Of a stretch of 64,000 nt of DNA, positions 56,669 through 64,000 are shown piece after piece (within the stretch, counting starts at the first letter, position 1; every line of letters starts with the position of its first letter). This stretch comes from Candidatus Giovannonibacteria bacterium. GTDB taxonomy: Bacteria > Patescibacteriota > Minisyncoccia > JACPKW01 > UBA11713. The translations under genes and the position numbers were made by a program. The stretch covers positions 130,237-194,236 of the forward strand of contig JACPKW010000004.1 in the NCBI GenBank assembly GCA_016186825.1, read 5' to 3'. The notes under the pieces were generated by a model that was not told the origin of the DNA, did not search any database, and saw only the letters and a list, made by a program, of their open reading frames with translations.

Positions 56669-57396
56669 ATTGCTTGATTTGCAAGCGCGATATGCCGGAG
56701 CGTATATTTTTTTAACTCCTCCGCTTGCAGGGGTGAGATAACTTCGCATGGGACGTTCCAGTGTATGGATATGATGTCACCTGATTTAAGCTGTTCAATA
56801 TCATACGATGTCTCAAGATTTCTTGAAATTTTTTTAGAGACCGGTTTTCCAAGCATCAGTTTGCAGCCGTTTAAAATCAGAGGCTCCGTCAAAACTTTTA
56901 TCGCAGGACCGGAGACTTCTTTTACTTCGCCCCAGCTTACCCTGCATGAATCCATGCTTTTGAGCGTATGCGCTTCTTCGAAGTGCCCAGTCCGCTTCCA
57001 GATTGAAAAAACATGAAAAGAATGGTGCGGGACAGCTCCCTGCCTAATCTTATCGCTAACTATTTCAAAGTCTTTTTTGCCGATGCGCTTTGGAATTTTA
57101 TGCATTTCATCAAGGTGCCTCCAGAAAGTTTTTTTCTCTATTTTGTCAAGAAGATTGTTTCCGATCCAATATGCCTCAACAACGCGGTCATCAAAAGGAT
57201 CTTTGATTTTATTTTCATGCGCGATGAAATTCAAATATGGAAACATTGTTTCAAAAGCGCCGAGAAGAACGCGAAGTCCTGGGTCCGATTCGTCCTCCTT
57301 TAGATAATCAAGCATCTCCCGATTTTGATCGGGACCGCAGTAGTGGAGGCGGTTTGGGCCAAAGGCGTATCGCGAACAGCGTAAAACACCGTCCAT
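56665..57396 (-). CDS. hypothetical protein, co-oriented and overlapping with the hydrogenase maturation protease
   Basis: 243 aa, no motif recognised. A 4-nt start/stop overlap suggests an operon. Confidence 0.55.
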   Translation of the reverse strand: MDGVLRCSRYAFGPNRLHYCGPDQNREMLDYLKEDESDPGLRVLLGAFETMFPYLNFIAHENKIKDPFDDRVVEAYWIGNNLLDKIEKKTFWRHLDEMHKIPKRIGKKDFEIVSDKIRQGAVPHHSFHVFSIWKRTGHFEEAHTLKSMDSCRVSWGEVKEVSGPAIKVLTEPLILNGCKLMLGKPVSKKISRNLETSYDIEQLKSGDIISIHWNVPCEVISPLQAEELKKYTLRHIALANQAI

Positions 57397-57397
57397 G

Positions 57398-58324
57398 TCA
57401 GGAAATATGCTTTAATGGAGCAGTTTTGGGGAGATTTGTTTTCGCAAACACAATTACGAACAATACTCCGAGTAGAAGAAGCGCGGAACTTGCAACTTGA
57501 TTGAAAGGCAACGTTCCTTGGACAAAAACAGCGGAAAGTATATTGGTAATGAGCGTCGCCGGAACTAAGAGGGCTGCAACATGCGAAGCCGGGGCCATCT
57601 TGAGCGCCGAATACCATGTTGTAACGTATCCAAGGAGAAATAGGGATGAGAGCAAGGTCCAGCCCCACTCAACTTGATTCAGGGAAGTTATTGCGTTAAA
57701 GGGAGCGCCGGAAATTGATAAATAAATCAAAAGCGCGAGAGATCCGAAAACCATCCGCGCTGACGCGACAGTTAAGCTCGAAATATTTTTGAGCGCGATT
57801 TTTGCAATGATGCTTTCGATCGCCCAAAGAATTGTTGCAAAAAGAATCAGGAGTTCGGCAAAATTAAATTTGAAACCTGCGAACCCGCCTACAAATAGGT
57901 TCGCCGCGAATAAAGCTCCCACGCCGAGCCATTGCATGCCGGAGAATTTTTCTCCCAAAATTGGAATAGCCAAAATCGCAACCCACAGGAACAAGGATTT
58001 ATGGATAAGTCCCGCATTAATCGCCGATGAATGCTCTAAGCCTGAAAAAAATAAAGCGAAGGGCAAAGCGCCGCCAACCAAGCCGACTGAAATAAGCATG
58101 AGCCAGTCCTTGCGGTTTAAAGTTTTAAGCTCGGAGAGTTTTTTAAACAAAACAAGGCCGGAGATTAAAAAAACCGCCACTAGGGCGTTTTTTAAAGTCG
58201 TAAAAAGGACGGGATCTTTTATGGCTGTGACCGCGATTTTTGAAATAAAATTCGCAATTCCCGATATCAGAGCTGCGGTTAGCGCAAGATAAGTTCCCAA
58301 TCGCACGGCGTTCATTAGTCTCAT
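57398..58324 (-). CDS. EamA/DMT-family transporter (10 TM)
   Basis: Two homologous 5-TM halves with Gly-rich helices. Confidence 0.75.
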   Translation of the reverse strand: MRLMNAVRLGTYLALTAALISGIANFISKIAVTAIKDPVLFTTLKNALVAVFLISGLVLFKKLSELKTLNRKDWLMLISVGLVGGALPFALFFSGLEHSSAINAGLIHKSLFLWVAILAIPILGEKFSGMQWLGVGALFAANLFVGGFAGFKFNFAELLILFATILWAIESIIAKIALKNISSLTVASARMVFGSLALLIYLSISGAPFNAITSLNQVEWGWTLLSSLFLLGYVTTWYSALKMAPASHVAALLVPATLITNILSAVFVQGTLPFNQVASSALLLLGVLFVIVFAKTNLPKTAPLKHIS

Positions 58325-58400
58325 TTTATATAAATGAGCCCTTTTCGTAAATATAGCGATAGCTCTGGAGTTTTAGACCGTTTTCGGATATAATAATAAT

Positions 58401-58559
58401 ATGTCTCAAGACAGATTATTTAAAATGCAGTGCAAGAATTGCAAGCGGTTCAACTATTACACAACGAAAAATAAGAAGAAAGTTGAGCGTAAAATTGAAT
58501 TAAACAAGTTCTGCAAGTGGTGTAAAAAACACACTTCTCACAAAGAAGCGAAAATCTAA
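58401..58559 (+). CDS. rpmG: ribosomal protein L33 (52 aa; below the ORF-track length cut-off)
   Basis: MSQDRLFKMQCKNCKRFNYYTTKNKKKVERKIELNKFCKWCKKHTSHKEAKI. CxxC...CxxC zinc ribbon with the YTTTKNK-type motif. Confidence 0.75.
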   Translation: MSQDRLFKMQCKNCKRFNYYTTKNKKKVERKIELNKFCKWCKKHTSHKEAKI

Positions 58560-58568
58560 TAAATTTAC

Positions 58569-59342
58569 ATGACCGCTATAATCGTTTTCGGGCTTGCTAT
58601 TTTGTTCGGCTATTTTGTAATGCCGCATTTGATCAGGAGAGAAAATCTTTTTCTATTTCTGGAAAATACGACCAGCTTTGAAACGATTTGGCGCGATCGG
58701 AAGCTTAGATTTTTGACAGACCGAATGGATTTTATTTCCCCGAACGGCGTTACCGTAATCGGATTTTTTCTTGTCTTTCTGCTCTATCTGTTATATTCAT
58801 GGCAGGCGCCGATGCTCGTCATTTTTTTTGTTACCATGATCGCGGGGTTTTCGGACGCCCTTGACGGGTCGCTTGCGAGAAATTCTAATAGGGTAACAAA
58901 TCTTGGGGCGATTCTTGATGTAACGAGAGATATTCTTTTGGGGGTTGTGATTAGCTTCATTTTAATGGATTCTGGATATTTGTGGTTTCAATTCGTTTTG
59001 TGGTTTTTTATGGGGTGGATCTTTTTGGGATTAATCAGGATGCTCGAATTCAGGATTTCAGACGGCAAATTTCTACCCTCCGAGGATGACTACAAATTCG
59101 CGCTTGATCGAATGCGGTTTACGTTTTATATTTTAGGTGTTCTTTTATTGCTGCTGTTTGAGGTTTGGTTCGGCTTTACCGTAATAGGGGACACGCTGAT
59201 AATTTTTTCCATTGCGCTTTCATGGGTCTCGCTCGTTTTCCACAGCATGCATTTAAAAATTTTGCGCGATACGGGCGGAAATAAAACTCCAGCCGGTCAA
59301 GTTCCCACTGCGACTCCTAAAAATTTTCATTCGGGGGCTTAG
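58569..59342 (+). CDS. CDP-alcohol phosphatidyltransferase-family membrane protein
   Basis: DALDGSLARNSNRVTNLGAILDVTRD matches D-G-x2-A-R-x8-G-x3-D-x3-D. Confidence 0.65.
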   Translation: MTAIIVFGLAILFGYFVMPHLIRRENLFLFLENTTSFETIWRDRKLRFLTDRMDFISPNGVTVIGFFLVFLLYLLYSWQAPMLVIFFVTMIAGFSDALDGSLARNSNRVTNLGAILDVTRDILLGVVISFILMDSGYLWFQFVLWFFMGWIFLGLIRMLEFRISDGKFLPSEDDYKFALDRMRFTFYILGVLLLLLFEVWFGFTVIGDTLIIFSIALSWVSLVFHSMHLKILRDTGGNKTPAGQVPTATPKNFHSGA

Positions 59343-59403
59343 TTAAGTGGCATAATCGATGGCTCCAAACCATCGGTCGGGGGTTCGATTCCCTCAGCCC
59401 CTG
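59333..59403 (+). tRNA. tRNA-Trp (anticodon CCA)
   Basis: Acceptor GGGGGCU/AGCCCCU (G1-U72), anticodon arm GAUGG-CUCCAAA-CCAUC, T-arm GGGGG-UUCGAUU-CCCUC. Overlaps the stop of the preceding CDS. Confidence 0.7.
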
Positions 59404-59473
59404 CAAGTTTCACATCTACCCAGCACTGGATGATTTCCACCCTCATTTCCGCTTTTACGTTATAATATTTATT

Positions 59474-60061
59474 ATGCAGGAGTTTGACATAAAACTATTT
59501 TTTCTTTTAAATGACCTCGCGGGGAAGTCGATTTTTTGGGATTGGGTTATTGTTTTTTTTGCGCGCTGGCTCGCTTACATTTTGATAATTTTATTTTTTG
59601 TTTTTTTAATCCGCTCTGCTTATTCGCGTCCGGAAAAATATTATATTTTCCGTCTCACGCTGATTTCGGTGGTTTTTTCGCGCGGCATTATAACTCCAGC
59701 GATCCGATTTTTTTACGAGCGCCTGCGCCCTTTCGCGCTTTACAATGTCAATCAATTAATTTCGGAGGCAGGAAATTCATTTCCTTCGGGACATGCAACT
59801 TTTTATTTCGCGCTTGCGGCTTCTGTTTTTATTTTCAATAAAAAATGGGGTTTTTGGTTTATCATTGCTACTTTTATAATGACTGTGGCGCGGGTTGTTG
59901 CGGGCGTACATTTTCCATCTGATATTTTGGGAGGAATGATAATTGGGATTGCCGTCCCTTTTATTGTCCACGCTTCATACAAAAAGATTTTCGGCCATTT
60001 ACCAACTTCCACCAAAACGGAGATTACCGAAGAAAAAAAAGCGGCTCCGCTTGAGTTGTAA
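59474..60061 (+). CDS. PAP2-family phosphatase (undecaprenyl-diphosphatase-like)
   Basis: Motifs RLRP, PSGH and [12 protein letters not shown]. Confidence 0.8.
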   Translation: MQEFDIKLFFLLNDLAGKSIFWDWVIVFFARWLAYILIILFFVFLIRSAYSRPEKYYIFRLTLISVVFSRGIITPAIRFFYERLRPFALYNVNQLISEAGNSFPSGHATFYFALAASVFIFNKKWGFWFIIATFIMTVARVVAGVHFPSDILGGMIIGIAVPFIVHASYKKIFGHLPTSTKTEITEEKKAAPLEL

Positions 60062-60066
60062 TTTTT

Positions 60067-60561
60067 ATGGAAGAAATCGTGACAAAAAAACTTAAGAAAG
60101 CGACCTTTGCGGCGGGGTGTTTTTGGCAGGTGGAAGAAGTTTTCAGGCATTTGAACGGCGTCAAGGAAACGCGCGTTGGCTATACGGGCGGAACTTTTGC
60201 AAACCCGACATATGAAGATGTTTGCTCCGGAAAAACGGGACATGCCGAAGCGGTTGAAGTTACTTTTGATCCCGAAGTAATTTCTTTTGAAGAGTTACTC
60301 GAAAATTTTTGGGCAAATCACGACCCGACTCTGTTAAACCGGCAGGGCGACGATATCGGAAAACAATATCGTTCCGCGGTTTTTTTTCACACTGAAGAAC
60401 AGGAGAAATCGGCAATAAAATCGAAAGAGCGACTGGCTCAATCAAATAAATATGAAAATCCTGTAGTTACTGAAATTGTTCCTGTTGGAGTTTTTTATCC
60501 TGCTGAAAATTATCACCAGCAATATTTGGAGAAAAAAGGAATATCTGCGTGTAATATCTGA
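60067..60561 (+). CDS. msrA: peptide methionine sulfoxide reductase MsrA
   Basis: AGCFWQVE (GCFWG-type active site), and TGHAEAVEV. Confidence 0.85.
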   Translation: MEEIVTKKLKKATFAAGCFWQVEEVFRHLNGVKETRVGYTGGTFANPTYEDVCSGKTGHAEAVEVTFDPEVISFEELLENFWANHDPTLLNRQGDDIGKQYRSAVFFHTEEQEKSAIKSKERLAQSNKYENPVVTEIVPVGVFYPAENYHQQYLEKKGISACNI

Positions 60562-60569
60562 ATAATCTG

Positions 60570-60800
60570 ATGAAAATCGTCGTGGAGGCAAAACCGAATG
60601 CCAAAAAAAGCGAAGTTATAAAAATCAATGAAGGGAATTTTAGAGTTTCGGTAAAAGAACCGCCCGCTGATGGCAAGGCGAATCTCGCGATAATCGAAGC
60701 GCTTTCCGGTTACTTCAAAGTTGCGCGCTCGAATATCAGAATTATTTCGGGGCAAAATTATAGAAAAAAATTAATAGAAATTAATAAATCACATGAGTGA
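60570..60800 (+). CDS. DUF167/YggU-family protein
   Basis: VKEPPADGKANLAIIEAL core. Confidence 0.7.
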   Translation: MKIVVEAKPNAKKSEVIKINEGNFRVSVKEPPADGKANLAIIEALSGYFKVARSNIRIISGQNYRKKLIEINKSHE

Positions 60801-61749
60801 TCTCAAAATTCCCAAAAAATTGAGCTATCTTCTCGTTTCTGACGAGCTTTTCGATTTAACTTTATATAAAAGACTGTCTTTGTTTGCCAAAGGCGACACG
60901 CTTGCAACGCTTTTGGATTTAATTCCTGTCGAGGAAAAGCACTTTGCGTTCTGGCAGAAATTTTTCGAAATAAAAATTGAAAAATTGGATTTTTTCAGGT
61001 GCGTTAAACTTTTTTTCATTGTGCTTTTTTGCAGAATTTTCGGCGAGATCGGAATTCACGTTACGCTAGAAGCAATTGAAATTCGCGGCGTTAAGAAATA
61101 CTTGGCCGTTTGGGAGATTTATCGAGATGTTCCGCTTGGGAGCGCAGTCGAAGGTGTTTTAGTGGATGAATTTAAGCATGAGGACGCGCTTATTTCAGAG
61201 TCGATCAGCAAGCGCATTCGTCCAGAAAGAATCCGCGATATTTTTCTGGGCATGAATGATGGAATTGTGGAAATTCTCGGAGCAGTTAGTGGTTTTTTTG
61301 CAGCTCTTCAGACTGCCTCAACTGTTCTTGCCGCCGCTCTGACTGTGGCGGTTGCGGGCGCGATTTCGATGGCGGCAGGGGCGTTTGTCGCAATAAGTTC
61401 AGAGAGTGAAGTTTCGAGAACGGAATATTTGAAGAAAAAGTTTTTGAGGGAAAGCCTTGAGGTTGATGGAAAAGAAAAGCCGTTCCTTTCAGCGCTTGTT
61501 GTAGGAATTTCTTATTTCGTTGGTTCGTTATTTCCGGTTTTGCCTGTTTTTTTTGGAGCGCGCAGTGTTGCAGCTCCCCTGATTGTTGCAGGGATTATGA
61601 TGATTGTAGTTTCATATATAGCCGCTTTTCTTTCAGGAATGGACATTAGGCGGCGGATTTCAATTAATTTGATAATTATGGCGCTCGCTGTCTCTGTGAC
61701 ATATATAATCGGTTTGGCCGTCAAAAGTTTTTTAGGGATTAATGTATAA
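60793..61749 (+). CDS. VIT1/CCC1-family iron transporter with N-terminal ferritin-like domain
   Basis: N-terminal [18 protein letters not shown] (ferritin-like), then [15 protein letters not shown] and five TM helices. Confidence 0.7.
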   Translation: MSDLKIPKKLSYLLVSDELFDLTLYKRLSLFAKGDTLATLLDLIPVEEKHFAFWQKFFEIKIEKLDFFRCVKLFFIVLFCRIFGEIGIHVTLEAIEIRGVKKYLAVWEIYRDVPLGSAVEGVLVDEFKHEDALISESISKRIRPERIRDIFLGMNDGIVEILGAVSGFFAALQTASTVLAAALTVAVAGAISMAAGAFVAISSESEVSRTEYLKKKFLRESLEVDGKEKPFLSALVVGISYFVGSLFPVLPVFFGARSVAAPLIVAGIMMIVVSYIAAFLSGMDIRRRISINLIIMALAVSVTYIIGLAVKSFLGINV

Positions 61750-61775
61750 CTTTTCCTTGTCAAGAAAAAACAATT

Positions 61776-62165
61776 ATGCAAAATAATAAAACAAAAGACG
61801 ATTATAAAAAAGAGCTCCCGCCCGAGCTTTATCATATTGCGTTTGAGAAAGGCACCGAGCCTGCATTTAACGGAAAACTTTACGATAATCATGAAAAAGG
61901 AGTCTATAAATGCGCGGTTTGCGGGGATGAGCTTTTCTCGTCTGAAGCAAAATTTGATTCGGGCACGGGGTGGCCAAGTTTTTTTGATCCGCTCTCGCAG
62001 GAAAAAATAGAAACAAAACCTGATGAAAGTCTGGGCGATATGCGGACTGAAGTGCTTTGTAAAAAATGCCAAGCTCATTTGGGGCATGTCTTTGACGACG
62101 GGCCTGAGCCGACTGGAAAGAGATACTGCATAAATTCTATTTCTCTCAATTTCAGGAAACTTTGA
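61776..62165 (+). CDS. msrB: peptide methionine sulfoxide reductase MsrB
   Basis: [11 protein letters not shown] and [16 protein letters not shown] (two CxxC pairs plus the catalytic region). Confidence 0.85.
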   Translation: MQNNKTKDDYKKELPPELYHIAFEKGTEPAFNGKLYDNHEKGVYKCAVCGDELFSSEAKFDSGTGWPSFFDPLSQEKIETKPDESLGDMRTEVLCKKCQAHLGHVFDDGPEPTGKRYCINSISLNFRKL

Positions 62166-62190
62166 AGCTTGTTTTTAATCTGTTGTTAAA

Positions 62191-62769
62191 TTGCACGATC
62201 GTGAAAAAGAGCAATATACTAAAGAGATGGCGAAATATGGAAAGTTAGCGATGCAAATGTTTTCATTGCTGGCGGCTGGATTGGTTCTAGGCTATGCGAG
62301 AGACAAGCGCACTCGAAACGAGCTTTTAAAGGAATGTGATAAAATTTGGCTTTCGATGGATCAAAATCTGCTCTTTGAGTTGGTGCGTCGCTTTAAATTC
62401 AATAAACTAATATCAATTGACGATATAAAGGGAAAAAAATACATAAAGTTATCTGAACGCGGTAGAAGAAAAGCATTGGAAATGGAACTAGGTAATATAA
62501 AATTAAATGTTCCAAAAAGATGGGATAAAAAATGGCGCTTTGTGGTATTCGATATTCCGGAGCCTAAACGGAAGATACGTGATGCGCTTCGCAGGAGACT
62601 AAAAGCCCTTGGTTTTTGTGAATTTCAAAAAAGTGTTTTTGCTTTTCCATATCCGTGCGAGAAAGAAATCAATATGATCATTAATTTCTTCGGATTGAGG
62701 GAAAATGTTAGATATTTAAATTCGTCCATATCTTATGATGCTGATCTAAGAAAATATTTTAAAATTTAG
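62191..62769 (+). CDS. hypothetical protein with C-terminal Cas2/PaaX-C-like beta-alpha motif
   Basis: WRFVVFDIPEPKRKIRDALRRRLKALGFCEFQKSVFAFP resembles the ferredoxin-like fold signature of Cas2 / PaaX C-domain. The N-terminal half is uncharacterised. Confidence 0.5.
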   Translation: MHDREKEQYTKEMAKYGKLAMQMFSLLAAGLVLGYARDKRTRNELLKECDKIWLSMDQNLLFELVRRFKFNKLISIDDIKGKKYIKLSERGRRKALEMELGNIKLNVPKRWDKKWRFVVFDIPEPKRKIRDALRRRLKALGFCEFQKSVFAFPYPCEKEINMIINFFGLRENVRYLNSSISYDADLRKYFKI

Positions 62770-62791
62770 TTTATTAAGATAACTCACGATC

Positions 62792-63442
62792 GTGAAAAAG
62801 AGCAATGGTGAACTTGTCGGTGAGTTAAAAACTCGCGGTGTTCTCTACGCAGCCCCGATAATCGAGGCATTTTTGAGCGTAGACCGGAAAGATTTTGTTC
62901 GGGACGAATATAAAGATCTTGCTTACATTGACGAAGCGCTTCCGATCGGAGCTGGGCAGACCATCTCGCAGCCGTATACAGTTGCCTTTATGCTCGAGCT
63001 TTTGAGTCCCAAGTTGGGGTGGAAAATTATTGATGCGGGAGCGGGGTCATTTTGGCAGACTGCATTGCTGGCAAGCATTGTCGGTTCGCCGGCTGGCGGA
63101 GGCAAAGTTTACGCTTTCGAGCGCATTTCGGAACTCTGTGATTTCGGTTCCAAAAACATCTCAAAATATCCTGAATTAAAAAAAAGAATAGAAATCTTAT
63201 GCAAAGATGCCTCTGGCGGCTTGTCCGAAGAAGAGATTAAAAAAACTGGGGGAGTGGACGGCATAATTGCGGCGGCGGAATTGAATGAAGTTCCAGAAAC
63301 ATGGAGAGAACAATTAAAAAATGGCGGCAGGCTTGTATATCCAATGGGGGGAGCAATTTTTAATGAACGTAAAATTTCTGAAAACAAGTTTCAAATCGAA
63401 AAGTACCCGGGCTTTGCTTTTGTGCCATTTATTTCTGAATAA
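62792..63442 (+). CDS. pcm: protein-L-isoaspartate O-methyltransferase
   Basis: GAGQTISQPYTVAFMLELL and IIDAGAGSFW (SAM-binding). GTG start. Confidence 0.8.
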   Translation: MKKSNGELVGELKTRGVLYAAPIIEAFLSVDRKDFVRDEYKDLAYIDEALPIGAGQTISQPYTVAFMLELLSPKLGWKIIDAGAGSFWQTALLASIVGSPAGGGKVYAFERISELCDFGSKNISKYPELKKRIEILCKDASGGLSEEEIKKTGGVDGIIAAAELNEVPETWREQLKNGGRLVYPMGGAIFNERKISENKFQIEKYPGFAFVPFISE

Positions 63443-63448
63443 AAAAAA

Positions 63449-63477
63449 CGCCCGGCAGCTGCCGGGCGTTTTTTTTT
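63449..63477. terminator. bidirectional rho-independent terminator between the convergent pcm and pilin genes
   Basis: A-run, CGCCCGGCAGCTGCCGGGCG perfect hairpin, then T9. Confidence 0.65.
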
Positions 63478-63489
63478 ATTAAACTGAAT

Positions 63490-63945
63490 TTATCGGGTTA
63501 CGGAAATAATTGAGCCAATTTCTGTTGATGATGCAACAACCGTAATTCGACCTGAAGTTGGGTGCCGCGTGACTTCATATCCCGTGTTATAAATTGTTCC
63601 GTCCCAAGCTTTTCCCGTTTTTGGGTCAGAAGGCAGTTCTGACATGTAAGTTGGAACAATGCACGGACGAATATTATAACCTGATGATGAAACCGTAGTT
63701 GTCGCCGTCGGAATTACTCCTGCAGAACATCCAGTTTCGAAGATTCCTTTATTATCTGCGGTTCTCTGCCCGATTGCATTTAAAATTGCGTTAACATTGG
63801 AGGATCTTTGCGAATCTCTTGCCTGCGCGAATTGGCGAGCCGGGTTGAGTGCGACCAAGACAATTGTTGCCAAGATGGCTATGATCCCGATCACGACCAA
63901 GATTTCAATTAAAGTAAAGCCCGATTTCTTTCTTTTTTTGTTCAT
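63490..63945 (-). CDS. type IV pilin-like protein
   Basis: MNKKRKKSG|FTLIEILVVIGIIAILATIVL prepilin leader and methylation motif. Confidence 0.75.
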   Translation of the reverse strand: MNKKRKKSGFTLIEILVVIGIIAILATIVLVALNPARQFAQARDSQRSSNVNAILNAIGQRTADNKGIFETGCSAGVIPTATTTVSSSGYNIRPCIVPTYMSELPSDPKTGKAWDGTIYNTGYEVTRHPTSGRITVVASSTEIGSIISVTR

Positions 63946-64000
63946 ATTTTTGTTTCCGCCAGCTGGCGGATTATTGAGCGCAAATCGACTCTTTCGCGCT

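Overview
This window is AT-rich and looks like a small-genome Patescibacteria/CPR-type bacterium (inference from gene content only: split transketolase subunit, minimal glycolysis, isc/Nfu Fe-S assembly, FemAB, type IV pilins, many huge LamG-bearing surface proteins; no database search was run).

Layout:
- 1-8400: a central-carbon block (transketolase C-terminal subunit, PfkB kinase, class II FBA, 2-hydroxyacid dehydrogenase), a CapA-like phosphoesterase, ribosomal protein L25 and a coiled-coil lytic transglycosylase.
- 8800-33200: the dominant feature, five consecutive genes for very large cell-surface proteins (1193, 1274, 945, 625 and 3913 aa). Four of them share a conserved ~55-aa N-terminal module (cytoplasmic motif EYVVIGKxRVRSWDAWL, one TM helix, then NRxGEF) that I do not recognise as a described signal. 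They carry LamG jelly-roll domains plus different catalytic heads: an HExxH region, a right-handed beta-helix pectate-lyase-like domain, an S8 subtilisin, and a giant FN3/Kelch/LamG/peptidoglycan-binding mosaic.
- 33200-48200: a translation cluster with a domain-1-less RF1 coupled to rpmE (L31), plus rpsB (S2) and tsf (EF-Ts); a tRNA-Thr(UGU) nested between two complementary tRNA halves; isc genes, SOD, Nfu, two serine proteases and clpB preceded by a heptad repeat.
- 48200-51400: a tRNA-Tyr with two upstream 91-bp repeats carrying its 5' fragment, followed by a ~2.8-kb segment flanked by 41-bp direct repeats. The segment carries small secreted-protein paralogs, an HD hydrolase and a recurrent GC-rich element with a 20-nt palindrome.
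- 51800-64000: FemAB, tRNA-Thr(GGU), then ferredoxin, an FAD oxidoreductase and a NuoB/NuoD-like minimal [NiFe]-hydrogenase with a convergent maturation protease. After that come L33, tRNA-Trp, lipid and repair genes (CDP-alcohol transferase, PAP2, MsrA, MsrB, PCMT, VIT1) and a second pilin.

The candidate novel system is the tandem surface-protein arsenal with its shared N-terminal anchor module.
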